Part shown: positions 1-11,865 of the stretch, one piece after another
How the letters are laid out: every line of letters begins with the position of its first letter
Position numbering within the stretch: the first letter of the stretch is position 1
Notes under the pieces: model-generated
The model's input: the letters and a program-made list of their open reading frames with translations, nothing else
The model's database searches: none
Told to the model about the DNA's origin: nothing
Assembly (NCBI GenBank): GCA_047495785.1
Contig: JBLDXI010000010.1
Span: 1,798,001 to 1,862,000 of the forward strand
Length of the DNA: 64,000 nt
Direction: 5' to 3'
Origin: Lepidodermella squamata
Taxonomy: Eukaryota; Animalia; Gastrotricha
Position numbers and translations under genes: made by a program

Positions 1-286
1 TGGCACGGTGAATCTTGGCACCTAAACATTTTTCCTAAAAATAAATAAAAAAATAGCTGCAAAATTGTCTTACCATTTTCACGTCGATCGAGATTCGGGT
101 TGAAATTCGCCAAAAATTGTGAACCAATTTAGAAAAAAATCTAATAACTTGAATTTTTTATTATTGCTATTGCTGATACCATAAAACAAAATATTGTTAA
201 AAATTCATTTTTCTTACCCTCACGATTTCACGGTGGTTGAATTCGACAAACGATTAGTATTCGGCGAAAATTGCCGAAGCTTCAGG

Positions 287-1339
287 CGAAAATAATAGCA
301 CTCGCACCGTACTGCCGGCACGGTCAACTACGGCGCAACTACGGTGCCGGTACGGCCGGTCATCTACGGCGCCGTAGCGATTCCGTAACTTTTAGAAAAT
401 TCCCCCTGACTTCAAATTTATGAAATCTAACAAAATATCATATCACCAATTAGGGATACGGATTGGCCAATAAGCTTAATATGAACCGGTGATAAAAGGT
501 CACGTAAACATTAATGAAAAATCAGGTAAAGGCTTCAGATTACAGTCCCGCTCTTGAAAACGTTTGAAAGCATGTATAACCGTGAAACGACATATTCAAT
601 CACTACCTGGAGGTCGACAGTAACAAGGCGGAAACGAGAATGACGATTTCGCTACGGTTCGAACTGACCAATGTGCCCATGAAGTAGTTACACCTGTGAT
701 GACGAGCGCCAATAGGCTGATTTCAGACTAGAAATTTTAGCCCCGTTTAACGGGCTTCTGAAACTAAATGGCCCATCCTGGGTAGCCAACGGCTTCCCTG
801 GGATCCCAGCTATCAGTTGGATATGCTGGAACCCGCCCGCCTTCAAACACCAGGTCCACCTGGGTTCCCAAAGTTCGCCATAACATAGCATTTTGGCTGA
901 TTTTAGAGTTTGGGTTCCAGCCCGGTTTAACGGGTTTCGAAGACTCCCAAACGCATCGCGGATTGTCCACGTCTTCATATAAGACACGCCTTTGTAAGCA
1001 GATCGCTGCAATTAGTATTGAGTGCACCTATCCCTTGTGATTCAACGGATATACATTCAGCTCAAGCCATTCAGCTGGCTACATGCTGACTTTTCGAAAA
1101 TTTGTATCCTAACTTTGTTGTTCAGTTTTCGACTTGTTTTCAGGTAGCCTACCTCTTATCGACGGTGTATGCGAAAATTCGTGAAAATCCCATTACGGTT
1201 ATCATGTTTTTAAAAATGTTTTGAGTTGGCCGTAGCACGCGAAAATGCTACGTAGCACTGTGGTAGCGCTGAAATAGCAGTCGCCGTAGCGCTACCGTAG
1301 CGGCCCCGTAGTTGTGCTATTTGAGTGCTATTATTTTCG
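287..1339. mobile_element. Non-autonomous TIR DNA element (MITE-like)
   Basis: Perfect 17-bp inverted repeat CGAAAATAATAGCACTC (287-303) / GAGTGCTATTATTTTCG (1323-1339). Clustered subterminal CTACGG/CCGTAG motifs at both ends. No TSD or transposase seen. Confidence 0.6.
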
Positions 1340-3050
1340 TATACTGGGGAAAAAATAAAATGAAATAATTACATGAGAATTTCAGAAAATATTTTTTGCT
1401 AACCAGCCGATAGCCGCAGTTTTTAGCCACAATCGCTCGATAATTGTTTCGAATTCCAAATTTTCTTCCTTCTCTGAAAATTGAAAATCAGGAAATTAAA
1501 AAAAATTGTTGATTAAAATTGAAAATTTTGATTTTTGCTTCATAAATGCGTAATTCATCTAAATTGGATAGCGGAAACTTTCGTATCATTGGTAAACAAT
1601 CTTGGCCTCAAAAAATTCTACGAGAGCATTAAAGGTTGACTTTAAAAATTATTTCAGGATCCTAATAATGTTGTTGAAATTTCACCAATTTTTTTTGTTT
1701 TTCAACTACATTTTACAGGCAGGTAATTTTCTTACCGCGCAGTTGGTTTTCATACAATCTTGTAACTGAGACTCGGCATTAAATGATGGATGACATACCG
1801 AAATTGACGATGTCTTCGGCCGTTTACCAGTCAGCCTTGTGAGGCAGGTTCGACAGGATACTAGCAATCCTATATGAGGTAGCTTCAACAATTAAGGTGG
1901 AATTTTCGGAACAAATAACAAACCAAGTAGATCACGACTGCCTTGTTGACGTGTTGCAGTGTTGAACCTGAAGCGATTTCACAAAAAAATTGAGGTGACG
2001 GAACGATCTTAAGTAAAAATAATTATTTACAAAATTCAGGAAAAAATAGACGGTCATTTCAAGCCTGTACTACGGCCGAATTTCCACGCAGGAAGTCCGC
2101 GATAATTGCGATTCCCCATTTCTCGCCCGTGACATCGGCATGGAAATTGATAAAATTCTAAAAATATGAAATGTGTGGCTGAAGTTTATTTAGCACAGTC
2201 GGTTAAATTAGGGTTCGAAAACTAGAAACTACACGTGGTTTAGCGGTTATGTGGTTTCATAATAAGTTTACTAAGACTATCAACTAAGAGTGTTGAGGTA
2301 GCAGCATAGCCTTAGCCTTTAGCATAGCAGTGAAAAAAGCAAGTCAGCCTCAACAAAATCAAACCAAAATTATGATGAAAAATAACAAATTCGAATTAGG
2401 TTGAAGAATTGCGAAATGAGAGATTTATTTCATTCTCAAAGTAGTTCAGAAATCTGCTGCTGTAACAATGGTGCGTCATAACGACACGTGCTGGACTCAA
2501 ACCAATTTTGAACCGAGCAAGACAATTTATGACCTGAATATTTCCATGTAGTTCATCTGTAGATCTATCGCCTTAGATCCATGTGTGTGAAATTGCTGAG
2601 CTAGAACGCGGCTCAGTTATTGGTCAAATCAGAGCATCGCTACTTGTGGGTCGACCCTGGCTAGATCGATCTGGTTAGATCCTGTTAAAACGACCCTGGC
2701 CTACTCCAAGTGGCTAGGCCTGCGTGGAATAATTACATGTGCTGAATAATGGCGATGGCTTGTCCGAATCTGAACAAAATCTGACCTATTGGCGATCGAG
2801 GAGCCTCGATCTATGGGTATAGACGCAATTGACACCATTCGGGCTGTTTGAATGGTCGCCTTGGTCTAGCTGTGACCTTATTTCTACGATCATAGTTGAT
2901 AGATCTTTATTCGATCTTAATTCGATCATTCCGCTATTTCTCGGTCTACTGATTTCCGACTGGGTAATATTGTCCATCTAACATCTAAATCACAAAACAA
3001 CCTACAAATTCCAAGTTCCAAGTATTTAAAAACAAAGTTTCAAGCTGTTT

Positions 3051-4284
3051 TTACAAACACTGAGTCATTTTCGCAATATAAACTACATCAGCAATAGACA
3101 AGCCAACAACTAGAACAAGAAGGAAAGCCAAGTCAAACAATCGAACTTTGGACAGATGCAGAATTCTGCTTTCTGCTGCTCCCCATTTTGTGCCAGCCAC
3201 CGCACATGCCAACAACATGTAGACAGTTATAGCAACACATGCAGCCATTTGAATTTCGATTACCGTTATCAAATGGACCTGTTCTGAAGTTTGCGGTATC
3301 TGTCCGAATACAATGGATAAGAGCACGAAAAAAGCTAGCACAACTGTGATGCAGAAGGTTGGCCGGTCGGGAAACTCTGGGCTCATGATGAAAGCTGAAA
3401 GCTGGAGCAAGACCATTGTTGCAAGGGGTAGGAAAACGTTGCCGATGTAGTACTGGTATTTGCGCTGAAACACAAGCTTAAACCTGATCTGCTCAAATTC
3501 GCCTATACTTCGATTAAGAAAAACAGTCGTAGCTGAGAATTCTGACGGCAAAGCTTGCCAAATGCTGCCTTCATCCAGTATATTTTCCGGGTGATCTATA
3601 TGCGGGCTATCGATTTGAATGTTGCCGACTGCGTCTAACATTTCTAGAACTATTGAACAAGTCAACTTATCGAATGGGAAATACGCCAGTTGGAAGCCTT
3701 CGCATGACGTTTCGATGAGCACTTCATAGCTCACGGAGGCATCGACAACCTCTTCCGTAGCGTCGAACCTGACAAATTGGGCCATTTTGCTCGGCCAATT
3801 GGCGTCGCTCAGCGCATTAATATGAAAGGCGTTCGGGAACCAAGTTAGCGATTTTGGTCTTTTGAAAACTGTGAATATTGGCTTGCCATCATCATCTTTG
3901 GCTTGAATGCCCTCACATCCAAAGTCGGGCATATCCCATTCTACAGAGAATGTAGCCAAGGCCGACAAGCTTATAGCAAGAATTCAAAACAATTAATTCA
4001 AAATCATCGCAAGTGATGAAGATTAACCTTTGCTTCAAGTCGTTTATATCTTTGATGTCGTAAATATAGATTGAAATGGAGACGTTGATTGGAAAGGCCT
4101 CATCTTCCTGCTGCAAGCTAATCTCCTGAAGCAAATCATGGGCCTTCGCCAGCACGCATTTTGAATTGAAAAATTCGTCTTCCACTGCCGCGTCTTTTAG
4201 TTCTAGATCACGGCGGGTTTGAATCGCTGCTGGATTCAGCGTTAAGGAAAATAATATGTATAAAAGATGAAATGAATGCGGCAT
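3051..4284 (-). CDS. Divergent Cys-loop ligand-gated ion channel subunit (pLGIC-A), 2 exons (4284-4028, 3969-3051)
   Basis: Signal peptide; phase-2 GT-AG intron 3970-4027; Cys loop C-EGFQLAYFPFDKLT-C; pre-M1 FQRKYQYY; four TM helices; M2 PDRPTFCITVVLAF. Confidence 0.92.
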
Positions 4285-4581
4285 ATCAAATTTCAAGGTG
4301 AAAAACGAAATAAATGATGAAATGATGAAAGACAAAACCTTCAAAAGCCAGTTATAATCAATTGTTTACTCTCAACGAAAAGATTTCCAATCAGAATGTA
4401 AGCTGAAGAAAAGTGACCAGTTAACGAGATTCAAATATGTATGAAGTTTTCAGAAAATATGTCATAAAACGGACTGCAGAGACGCAATTAATAATTTCGA
4501 ATATTGAAGCTCTATTAAATTTGATGTACTTATAGATCATTGAAGCTGTAATTGTCCATTCTTATTCTTCAGTAAAGATTC

Positions 4582-7500
4582 TCACTTCTTCTTTGTTGGT
4601 ACCTGTCCAGGCTCTTCAATTCCCAAGCGTAGAGTTATATCCTCGGGGATGTCCATCTTCCCCTCGACGTGGATATGGCCAGTTTTCTTCGCCATCATCT
4701 CCTCCGCACTTAGAGGTCGCTGATTAGATCCATCCGTCCCAAGGAAAGGATTCGGGACCAACAACTGGCTAGGCCTGTGTTGCCCAGCTGCCATTCCAGC
4801 AGCAGCTAATCGCTGCTTCTCAATCATCTCATCTATCTTTTTCAAGTACTCCTTGCGAGCAACTTCGTGCCTCAGACGATGCCGGATTCCCCGAAGCGTC
4901 TTAGCCCTGCCTTGGTCTCGAATTCGCTTGATCAAAGCACTCAGATTATGCCTGAGACGTCGGATATCTCTAGACAGTGTCATATAGTCCAAGCAGACGA
5001 TTAGGCCGATGAAGAAGCCAAGAATGCCGAGAATGATAGACCCAGCTGCCACGGCATAGTCTGCCTCGACAATGTTCTGCTTCCTCGATTTCGTGTCATC
5101 CGACTTCAATAGACCACTCTGGAAGCATTTCAAATTGGTCTTCTCCCAGGTCGCGTTTTCAACACATTTCCAGTACGCAACTCGAGCTGTTTGATTAGCG
5201 CTAGGTTCAAACCCCTGGTTCCAGTCGCATTCATAGGCGATTGTCATACCGTAGACAAGGGTTTCAGTCTCAGATGAAGAATTCATCAGTCGGTATTGAG
5301 CTGTTTCGAAGGCCATGGGCGACGGGCATTGGGTCACTAAAACCAGATATTTTTGATAAATTGGATACTAGGTTTTCAAACTTACGCAGGCAAACAAGCA
5401 TGTTAGTCGACCAGTAGCCATTGTCCAGGCAACTTTTCGTAACCTTGGAAAGAGGGGTGAACTCAGTCCCAGGTTCTACAAACAAACTCTGAGCTCCAGT
5501 GCTACAGTACACATCAACCGTATCGCCATATTGATAAAGGGGTTTCAGTTTTGTCATATAGGAATTTTGCTCCTTAGGGGGCTCAGGGCATTGTACGGGT
5601 TTGCACTCTGGTCGACCAGCAGGGGTCCATTCGCCATTGGATTGGCAGGTTTTGATAAAAAGGTTAATATTTACTCCAGCCCTGTAGCCGATATTACAAG
5701 CATATGTAGCAACTCCGCCTGTGAAATTCGCCGAAACGTTCACGTAGGTATTCAGGCCGTCTGGTATCGGGTTACAAGGTGGTACTAAGAAAATAAATTT
5801 TTGAAACTGTTTGAGGCGCGTTCATTTCGAACTTACAAACGCATTGCGGGGCATTGTCAGCCCAGGTCCAAGTGCTTCTGGCGGACATAGAACAAGTCGC
5901 AGTTGGGTTGGAAGTTCCGCTCAAAACCAGCCCAGAGGTACATTGATATGTAACCGCATCATTGAAATAGAGCGTCATAGCCTCAGATGCATTCGCATAG
6001 GTTGCTCCGGCAATTTCAGGCGGTGAATTTGGGCAGACTCTCTTGTTACAGACCGGCAACCTCGGGTTAGCCATTCGCCAATTGCCAGTTGTCGAATTCG
6101 GCTGAAACGGGTCGCAGATGTACATACCGTTATCAATGATATTAGTCGGTTCGAAGCCATTGTTGCATATCATAGTTGCACTTTGAAGGTAGGCTCGATT
6201 TGTGCCAAAGTAGCTGAGAGGTGGTGATGATATCCGCCATGATGAATCAGCAGCTAGATTCACATTTTGTGGATAGGCCGAACAGTAGAAAACAGCGGCT
6301 TTTTGTGAAAATCATCATTAATTAAGGTGGATTATCGATTTCTGCACTCACTGAATCGTCTAGTACAGGTGTAAGAGCAGTTGCTAAACAAATAGCCCGT
6401 ATCGTCATTTTCGCACAAACCAGCCGTTGCGAAATCCCCACAGGCGCAGTACTCATCTAGGCACAAAGGTCACGAAAATCGATTCGAGGAATGAAGAAAC
6501 ACCTACCACTAACAGCTAGGCGTGAGATTGTGATGTTGCATTCACATGACGAGTAGGCTTTGCATATCGTCTGACAGGCCGACCACATGAAAGCTGTTGT
6601 TAGGGCTCATCACTAACAACAGGGCGGCAAATAAACAAGTCGAACTTACATGGATTGGTGAGGCATTGCCCTGCGGCCGCCCAGTCGCTGCATTGCGTGT
6701 AGGCATCGGGTAGAACGTTCGCACACATCGAAGTCGTGCTGCCTGATAGACAGGTATCGGGCGCCACGCATTTATCGGTCGGTTTGCAAGCGGTCGAACA
6801 AATTGCTGCAAAAATTCAGGTGAAATCAGTGAAAATTGAAAAATCCTAAATTTTACGGGTTTCGCAATCCGACCCAGTCCATCCTGTCTTACATGTGCAG
6901 GTGAAACCCTGAGGTTTGTTCAAATTTCCACCGCATGTATTGGGTTGACAGTTGTCAGAACACACAATTTCTAATGGATGAATGAATTATATAAATTGTG
7001 TCTAAGGTAAATTGTGTACAAAATTACTCTGGAAAGCTAGGCAGAGCTTTTTGACTGTTTCCAAATCTGACTCGGACAGCGCCATAGGGAAAATCGAAAG
7101 ACAAGCGAAATTCCTGACGGGATTATAAGGCGTCATTCGGGTCGCAGCTGGTCTAAAAAATCTCGAATTGATATGAAAAAGCTGAAACCCTCATTCATTA
7201 CCTGTAACTCAGGGCTAGAGTATTAGTCGAAGCTGGGGGTGTATTGACAGTTGTACTAGTTCCGTAAGTGGTGTTGCAGAAATTTTTGAACGATTTGCTG
7301 AACTTATCGTATGAAATCCCGATGTATTGCCAACCAGTTAAACCACAACTCATAAAAGGCGATCCAACCACTGATGTAATTGCACTCTGCAGCTGACCGG
7401 GCCCGGGCCAAAGCCATGTAGTCAAAGCAAACTGACTTCCGTTAATGTAGTCGAAAATAGGCCCGGGTAAGTTCGAGGTGTAAACCCATCCACTTATCGT

Positions 7501-7827
7501 GAAGGAATTGGTGCCAAATGCGACCAAATTCGATGAGATCTCTATGTAGCTTGTATCATCTGTCGCGTTGACTAGGTGAGAACCCCCTGGTTGGTCAAAA
7601 GGCCCATTTGCTGGGGTTACTTTCGGACCTTTAAAGTTCAGCGTTATACCATTAGAACTCGCGTCGAATTTGTTGAAGGCGCTTGTTAGTGGCCAGTAGG
7701 CTATAGGTGCAACTGGGAGTTGGGTAAGAATCGTATTGACGAGCGTGACGTAATCGGCATTATCAGCTCTTGCTACTCCTGGATGTAGGAGAGCTACAAG
7801 AAGCAAATTTATTTGCAAAGGAATCAT
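4582..7827 (-). CDS. Type I membrane protein: LamG/pentraxin-like + EGF + 2 ShK-like + 5 CCP/sushi + TM (about 9 exons)
   Basis: N-terminal AYWPL..FTISGWVY..WQYIGISYD (ConA/LamG-like). Small exons give CTCKTGWTGSDC (EGF) and CSDWAAAGQCLTNP-AFMWSACQTIC plus CGDFATAGLC..NCSYTC (ShK-like). Five C..YxCxxG..C...W...C repeats; TM GSIILGILGFFIGLIVCL. Confidence 0.85.
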
Positions 7828-8025
7828 TTCTATCAAACCTAATCAAATGGCTTGTTTTGCAGCACCCTGCTGCACGGCATGTCAATCAAATCCTGCATCT
7901 CACATTCGATAAAACAGGTTGCTAGGCTACTATTGCCAAATTTCATTTAATTATGCTCATTTTATTATATCATCCTAACCTTTGATAATGTGAGAACGAA
8001 ATCTTAGGAGGGTTAGCGGAACATA

Positions 8026-9261
8026 CTAAAATTTTTCATGCGGCATGACTGCGATAGAACTCGAGCGTGACTTCCTTGCTCCACTCACCGGCGCGACAGA
8101 CATCCGTTGCATATTCGTGTTCCGCCTCCCTGTTAATCGCTCCCACGATATAACAAGTTCTTTCGAAAAACCAGGCTTCAAACTCTGTACAAACGCCGAT
8201 ACTATCATTTGCAGGCAGACGAAGTACATTCCGAGCTTGTGAACCCAGCTGGTCACTAGTTTCGGTCCAATGTTGTTGTAGTCAATCTCGAAAATGAACG
8301 CGAAAAATCCCAACACATGGAAGGATATGTAGATGAAAAACACGCAAAACATCTGTTTCGCCATGAAAACCTCCCGCTTCTTCCAGTCCGCCATCATATT
8401 GACCTGCAGAGAACTTGGCCGTGAACCGAGGGTTCCATTTCCTGATGCCTTTGAAGCCTTCCTCTTCGCCTCTTGAATGCAGTGAAAAATCTTCCAATAA
8501 TTGACCCCCAGCAGCATCGCAGGGATGTAAACTGCTATCGTGTAGTACATGAAGAGAAGGAATGATGAATCGAGTTCATTGATCAGTCGATACTCGAAGC
8601 TAGTGCAGATCGGAACAGCTGTTCCGTTGTTAACCCCAGCTAAAAAAATCATCTGCCTAGTCCATATTTGCTTAGGATACACAGCCATGATACAAGAAAT
8701 CACTAGGCAAGCTAAAAACAGGATGATAGCCAGCGAAACCAGCTTTTTCGTATTAGCTCTGTAGTTTGGGTTGGTCGAAAGTACGCAGAGCCGTCTCTCG
8801 TAGCTGATCAACATATTCATGAAAGTCCCGAAAGCTCCAAGAGTGAAAAGAATCCAATGAACCGCGACACAAGATGCGTCACTGAACTCCCAATATCCAG
8901 TTGGTAGAGTTATCAGAAGTCCGACTGTGTAGTCCACCGCAAATCCGATGTTCCTCGCCGCTTCGATGGAGACTAGAATGAGAAAATCACGTTTAACCCG
9001 CCTTTTGTAAAGAAGAATGGCGTTTCCTACACAGGTGATAATGACCAGAATCGCTGTTATGAGGTACAAAAGGGTGTAGCTGAGCCGTTGTTGGAAGGTT
9101 ACAGCTTCCAAGTTGTGGTACCATCCTATAAAGTGAGGCCTAGGTTCATCGTAGCCCAAATCAGGAACATGAGCCATTATCCAAGCTCCATTTATGATGT
9201 AATTTTGCCAAGTCTCATTCGACGCTCTCGTGAAGTTTGGATGGAATCTAGATGAATTCAT
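8026..9261 (-). CDS. Intronless rhodopsin-like (class A) orphan GPCR
   Basis: Seven hydrophobic segments; TM1 GN, ECL1 WxFxxxxC, TM3 ISYERR (DRY-like), ECL2 Cys, TM5 YIP..NYxKI. Confidence 0.88.
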   Translation of the reverse strand: MNSSRFHPNFTRASNETWQNYIINGAWIMAHVPDLGYDEPRPHFIGWYHNLEAVTFQQRLSYTLLYLITAILVIITCVGNAILLYKRRVKRDFLILVSIEAARNIGFAVDYTVGLLITLPTGYWEFSDASCVAVHWILFTLGAFGTFMNMLISYERRLCVLSTNPNYRANTKKLVSLAIILFLACLVISCIMAVYPKQIWTRQMIFLAGVNNGTAVPICTSFEYRLINELDSSFLLFMYYTIAVYIPAMLLGVNYWKIFHCIQEAKRKASKASGNGTLGSRPSSLQVNMMADWKKREVFMAKQMFCVFFIYISFHVLGFFAFIFEIDYNNIGPKLVTSWVHKLGMYFVCLQMIVSAFVQSLKPGFSKELVISWERLTGRRNTNMQRMSVAPVSGARKSRSSSIAVMPHEKF

Positions 9262-9478
9262 TGTTAGCTTCAAAGTGTTCTCCGATTGAACTACTCTGAG
9301 AACTAAACGACCTTTGAAAATTGAAGCCTAAATAGCATCAAAGGGAAGGAAGACATCCACTTAGCTGACATGAAATCAAAACCCCCCGAGTGCTTTATGT
9401 CACTCATAGATAAGTAATTCTCGAAAAAATTGTGCGTGGCCTTGAAAATTAAGACAAGTTTATTTGGGCATTGTGAGC

Positions 9479-10676
9479 TCACTCTAGTGATTGATCAATA
9501 ATTCCAATAGCACACAGCGACGTATAGAGGGCAAGAACAATTAAGAGTGTTACAACATCGTAGCATTTGACAAAACGGTTTCGGCTCATATTTCGGTTCG
9601 TGTTTTCACTGAGGCGAGGTCTTGTTACACTTTCAGCTGCTCGTAGGATGATGGAGCAATGAATAGTCACAATAGCTCCAATCACCTGTTGAGCGGCTAA
9701 CATGTTCGAGATGAAACTTTCGTCCAACCATGGCAACTGATCACGAACTACAGCATGGTGAATGGTTGCAGCTAAGAATAATCCAATGGCAATGGAACAT
9801 CTTTCCGCGGAACTCGGAGGTACCGCGAAAATACTGAGCTGTAAAATGGCGATAAGAATGAATGGTGTTGCGACTAGGGTGACACAACGCTTGAGATTTC
9901 CACCGAGGTGAATCTTGATTAAGACACGATGCCCTGTTGCATGAACTTTTGCTCGAAGAAATGACCGTTGCTGGTTTTCCTTCACAAGCTCGGCACTTTC
10001 AAAGTTCAGAACGCTTCTTTCATTGAACGTTTTCGCCTTTATCAACACCTGGCACTCTTGGCCCGTAGAAGAGAACCTTAAGGAGATCGATTATTCAAGG
10101 TGCATTAAGTAGGCCAGAAGACTTACCCTCGAGTTGAAGAGTCGCTAATTGAGTCGAACTGTGTACTGACGGACCATTGAGCTTCGCCACTTGAATTTAG
10201 GACTACTAGATCATTCGGCGCGCTTTTGGTATGAATGAAGTTTCAGACAATTTCGAAAATTATGTTCGATTTTACCTATCGAATGGATTAATTCTGCCGA
10301 ATCGATTGGTATGTTCGAGAATAGGAATCCAGAGTTGCTTCGCTTGAAAAATGCAAAATTCTGGGCTGTCTCGCCCGATAGACCATCTAGCACAATCGGG
10401 CAGCTGCCATCTAACGTCGATATCAGCTTGGATTGAGCAACGAGATTCAGCTTCGTTCATTCCCAAAAATTGAAGACGAGCTACAACGAGCGAGATGTTG
10501 GTCATTTTATGTTTCGGATCTTCAGGCATCGCTGTTATGCTGCGGAGGTAGGGGCATTGCTCAGCCAGGGAGTTGCAAAATAGGTCGTTAGGGGTCAAAT
10601 CGTCCGCTGATTGAGAGGAGGCGAATGAAACGAGGAAAACGGCAAGGTGGCCTATCGAAGAAAGGAAAAGCTTCAT
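9479..10676 (-). CDS. Aberrant pLGIC subunit (pLGIC-B), 3 exons (10676-10276, 10222-10127, 10076-9479)
   Basis: Signal peptide; FLGMNE, VRWQLP and WIPILEHTN motifs; two canonical phase-2 introns keep the frame; four TM helices with M2 AERCSIAIGLFLA; Cys loop degenerate. Confidence 0.8.
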
Positions 10677-11865
10677 CGTGACTTAATGTATTAATCAATG
10701 TAAAGCGTCTCTGAATTCTCTGTATTTTTTGGACATACTAATGAGCAAATAGCTGGTTGCAAATTGAATATGACATCGATGAGTGCAACTGTCAAACTGC
10801 GTCTCTTGAATTCAACTGATTGAGCGTGATTAGTATCAAATTATTTTCATGTAATAAAAACAAGAGGTATGTCATTGGCAATCAACCAACATTGTCCTCC
10901 TGACGCTTGCAAAAGTCTGTCCTCAAGTGGAAGTACATAAAGCGAGGCTAAATTATTTGATCCCGATCAGACGTACGGATCGCTCTATAATTGAAATACT
11001 TCTGAAATAATTAATCGAAAGAGATCTGAACGGTCTGAAGGCATAATGAATCTTTTAAAAGCCAGACAAACCAAGACCAGTCCGCAGTCCATCATCATCA
11101 GGCATAGTCTCAACTTTACTTGTGTCTCAGTTTTTCGAACTTTCGATTACAATGGCGACGCAATCAAGTCGAGCTCGTCGCATCTGTTACATGAAAGAAT
11201 CGTCTGATCGGTAGAGGATGCGGAGCCTCGTGTGGCTGTCGTCGAATTTGAAGAGGCTTGTAACCAACTATCCCGGTGTAGGAAAGTTTGGACGTAGTGG
11301 ACCTAGTAGTGGACCATGGGGCCTCTCACCAAGCCCCAAATATGGGTGATTTGATTTTGACCGGCCGTTGACCAATTTTTTTCGGAAGTGTTATACCGGT
11401 GATCAAAGGAAATTGTGGTTAATGCGACAAAACCGGCTCATTTTTCGCCTCATTCTCATCCATCCGGCATCCTCATTTACACAATCCTCCTTGGAAGCCA
11501 AAAATCAGCATGAAACACCCATTTTTCGGGCTGCTCCATTGCTAGATTTTATGGTCAGACTCAATCTTGACGCAGAAATGTAACGCCAATGTTTCACTGA
11601 GCGACTGCATAAAAAATACGCAGGAATCATTGAAATCTCATCCAAGCAATTGAACAGGCTATTAAAAAGCAATGCTTTACCGTGCGATATTCAGGGTTTT
11701 CATATTCCGAGACGCAGTAAGGTCTCATTCACCTTATAGTATTGAGCTTTTTTTGGTAGCAGACGGCTGAATTATCGGCGTAAACTCCGTATCCAGGCAA
11801 TGCTGAATGAGCGCATTTACTCTTATAGTGGTACATTTTCAGTTCATCAAAAATAATATCTTGTC

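Noticed and set aside
688-1027. Overlapping minus-strand ORFs inside the TIR element
   Set aside because: No transposase or other recognisable motif; non-ATG starts.
2500-2980. GATC-rich segment with short repeats (CGACCCTGGC, TAGATC)
   Set aside because: Probably a repeat remnant, but no termini, TSD or periodicity could be defined.
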